From positions 32,986,001-33,050,000 of the forward strand of contig NC_087251.1 of assembly GCF_037042905.1 (NCBI RefSeq): DNA of 64,000 nucleotides, given 5' to 3'. The first letter of the stretch is position 1. Every line of letters begins with the position of its first letter. The DNA is from Lytechinus pictus. Lineage: Eukaryota. The translations under genes were made by a program, and so were the position numbers. The notes below the pieces were generated by a model that had not been told where the DNA came from, searched no databases, and saw nothing but the letters and a program-made list of their open reading frames with translations. Shown in pieces: positions 62,117 through 64,000 of the stretch.

Positions 62117-62679
62117 AGGGTACTCAGGGCTGAAAATATCCATTAATGACAATCAATGTACAATTTACAGAAATGCTGAAAATTTTGTCAAAATCTGACA
62201 ACAACTAGCGTTATCGAATTTTAAAGTTTAGCAATACTGTGAAAACAGTGAAATGCGTATATCGTCATGAATATTCATTAGGTGGGCTGATGATGTCACA
62301 TCCTCACTTTCCGTTTTCATTATGTTATTACATGAAATCATAATTGTTCCATTTTTTCATTCAATGAAAATAATGAATCTAATGCACTAAATCAATTGTC
62401 ATTCCAACTTTTGGGGTTCTTGAAGGAAAAAATTTAAATAAACCTAATTTCATATGTAATACGATACAAAAGAACAAGTGGGGGATATTACATCATAAGT
62501 TTGCTCATTGAATATTCATGAAGACATGCCTAGAACTGTTTCACCAGAATAATGCAAATCTTTAAAATGCCATAACTTTGCTTTTCCTTGTCCCAATTTC
62601 GATCAAATTTTCAGTGTTTTGTTTGTCTAATTTTTCTTTATCTGTTCAAATCATATTATTTTCAGCCTGGAGTACCCCT
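62117..62679. mobile_element. Kolobok-type MITE related to K2
   Basis: AGGGTACTCAGGGCTGAAAAT...ATTTTCAGCCTGGAGTACCCCT|TTAA; interior homologous to 59822-60424. Confidence 0.8.
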
Positions 62680-62889
62680 TTAACAATCAAATAAACTGGA
62701 TGACTATTCATACAAAGTGGAATAGAACCTTGTTCTGAAGATAATTAGTCAAATAATCGGCAGACCAGTGAGAATTGTGTCTTGATTTATTTACGACTGA
62801 CATTGTTATCATATCTTTATTCTCAATTACTTTAAAAAAAAAACAACCTTACAGTATTTCATCAAATGATGTATCATAGGCCTACTTAC

Positions 62890-63087
62890 GGGAGATCGGG
62901 ATTGATAGTAATTTTTAATTTTCTTTAACGCCTGTAAAATAAATTTATGCAATACTGCCCTCAATTTATTGCTATTAATAATACAACAGTAAATTGAGGG
63001 CAGTATTGCATAAATTTATTTTACAGGCGTTAAAGAAAATTACAATGTTTCAACTTACCCCGCGTTCCAACAAACCCTGATCTCCCC
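62890..63087. repeat. Foldback made of two left ends of the 47258 transposon family; perfect 53-bp stem
   Basis: 62916-62968 is the exact reverse complement of 62990-63042. Confidence 0.9.
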
Positions 63088-63224
63088 TACACTGAATTGT
63101 ATCATAGGCTTACTTACACTGTTCTTGACTGTTGACCAATTTATCTTTCAAGAACAGTTTAAAATTGATACAAGAGATTAAAAAGGGGAAATACAAAATA
63201 ACAATGTTTTATCCTTGGGAATTT

Positions 63225-63618
63225 GGTGGATTCACCTTACAGTGCGCAACCAATCGGTTGCAGCGGACAGGCCGAAATTAGCAATGCCACATGGGAAAAA
63301 GTTGACATATCTGCTGAGCGCTTGTGCATATGCATGCGATTATGCGCTGACCGACGCGGCTCGGCCGGTTTGCATAAAATTATGCTGTTTACCAGGGTCT
63401 AGGAGGTAGGAGAGAAATTTGCTGCAGATGCCTTTGGGGAATTTAGACCGTTCTCAGTGAATTCTTCTTCTGGTTATCATATGGTTTTCATTTTTAAGCA
63501 TATTTACACCAGCACTATGCGCTGGCTGCGCATAGCCTGCACGTGATGTCGAACAACAGTTAGAAATTGGCCTGTCCGTTGCCACCCGATAGATGGCGCA
63601 CCGTATTGTGATTCCACT
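63225..63618. mobile_element. GC-rich MITE
   Basis: cagtgcgcaaccaatcggttgcagcggacaggcc / ggcctgtccgttgccacccgatagatggcgcaccg imperfect inverted arms. Confidence 0.6.
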
Positions 63619-64000
63619 GAATTGTTGTTAGTGAGATTTAACTATGATCTTGTGAGCTGTGTATCAATGAAAACAACTCACACATAACTGCATTGGGATA
63701 AAGTTTCTAAACACAATTTGCAGGAATAGCAAATGACAAGCTCATAATAACATTTTAGGGATGGTACATTAATAATGCAATTACTGCATAAATGGTCCAT
63801 TGAGACAAACTATTGTTTTTTGGGGTTTTAAACAGAAAGCTATTTGTAAACTGTAATCTGACCGACTACATATCATAAAGATAAAAATTTATAATTTTTT
63901 TTTACTATCTTTCTGTAGTGCTTACCCATTAACTCTAATTTCTTTAATAAAAAGGAAGTACTTCAAGTTGTTAGAAGTGAAAATCTTAAGGCTGCAATAA

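Overview
AT-rich eukaryotic genomic DNA, probably a marine invertebrate deuterostome; the intron repeats look sea-urchin-like (inference). The whole window lies within one minus-strand gene, an orthologue of LYST/CHS1/beige (lysosomal trafficking regulator, BEACH family). I traced 30 GT-AG exons by hand from 61492 down to 239. They splice phase-consistently into 8415 nt (2805 codons) with no stop and include a 3053-nt exon. The PH-BEACH-WD40 C-terminus must lie beyond position 1. Introns are packed with non-autonomous DNA transposons (TTAA Kolobok-type, TA Tc1/pogo-type, Harbinger-like, hAT-like, Academ-like foldbacks), degenerate L2/CR1 LINE fragments and microsatellites. Most other ORFs in the track are spurious. 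No prokaryotic system, CRISPR array, rRNA or credible tRNA was seen. The most unusual items are (i) two sequence-unrelated repeat families sharing an A..A'-NN-B..B' double-inverted-repeat layout suggestive of tyrosine-recombinase mobilisation, (ii) a 2.8-kb TAG..CTA foldback built from ~190-bp modules each carrying a YY1-like motif, and (iii) a perfect 53-bp hairpin made of two same-side transposon ends inside a 20-bp direct repeat. Protein and superfamily similarities are from recall, not from database searches.
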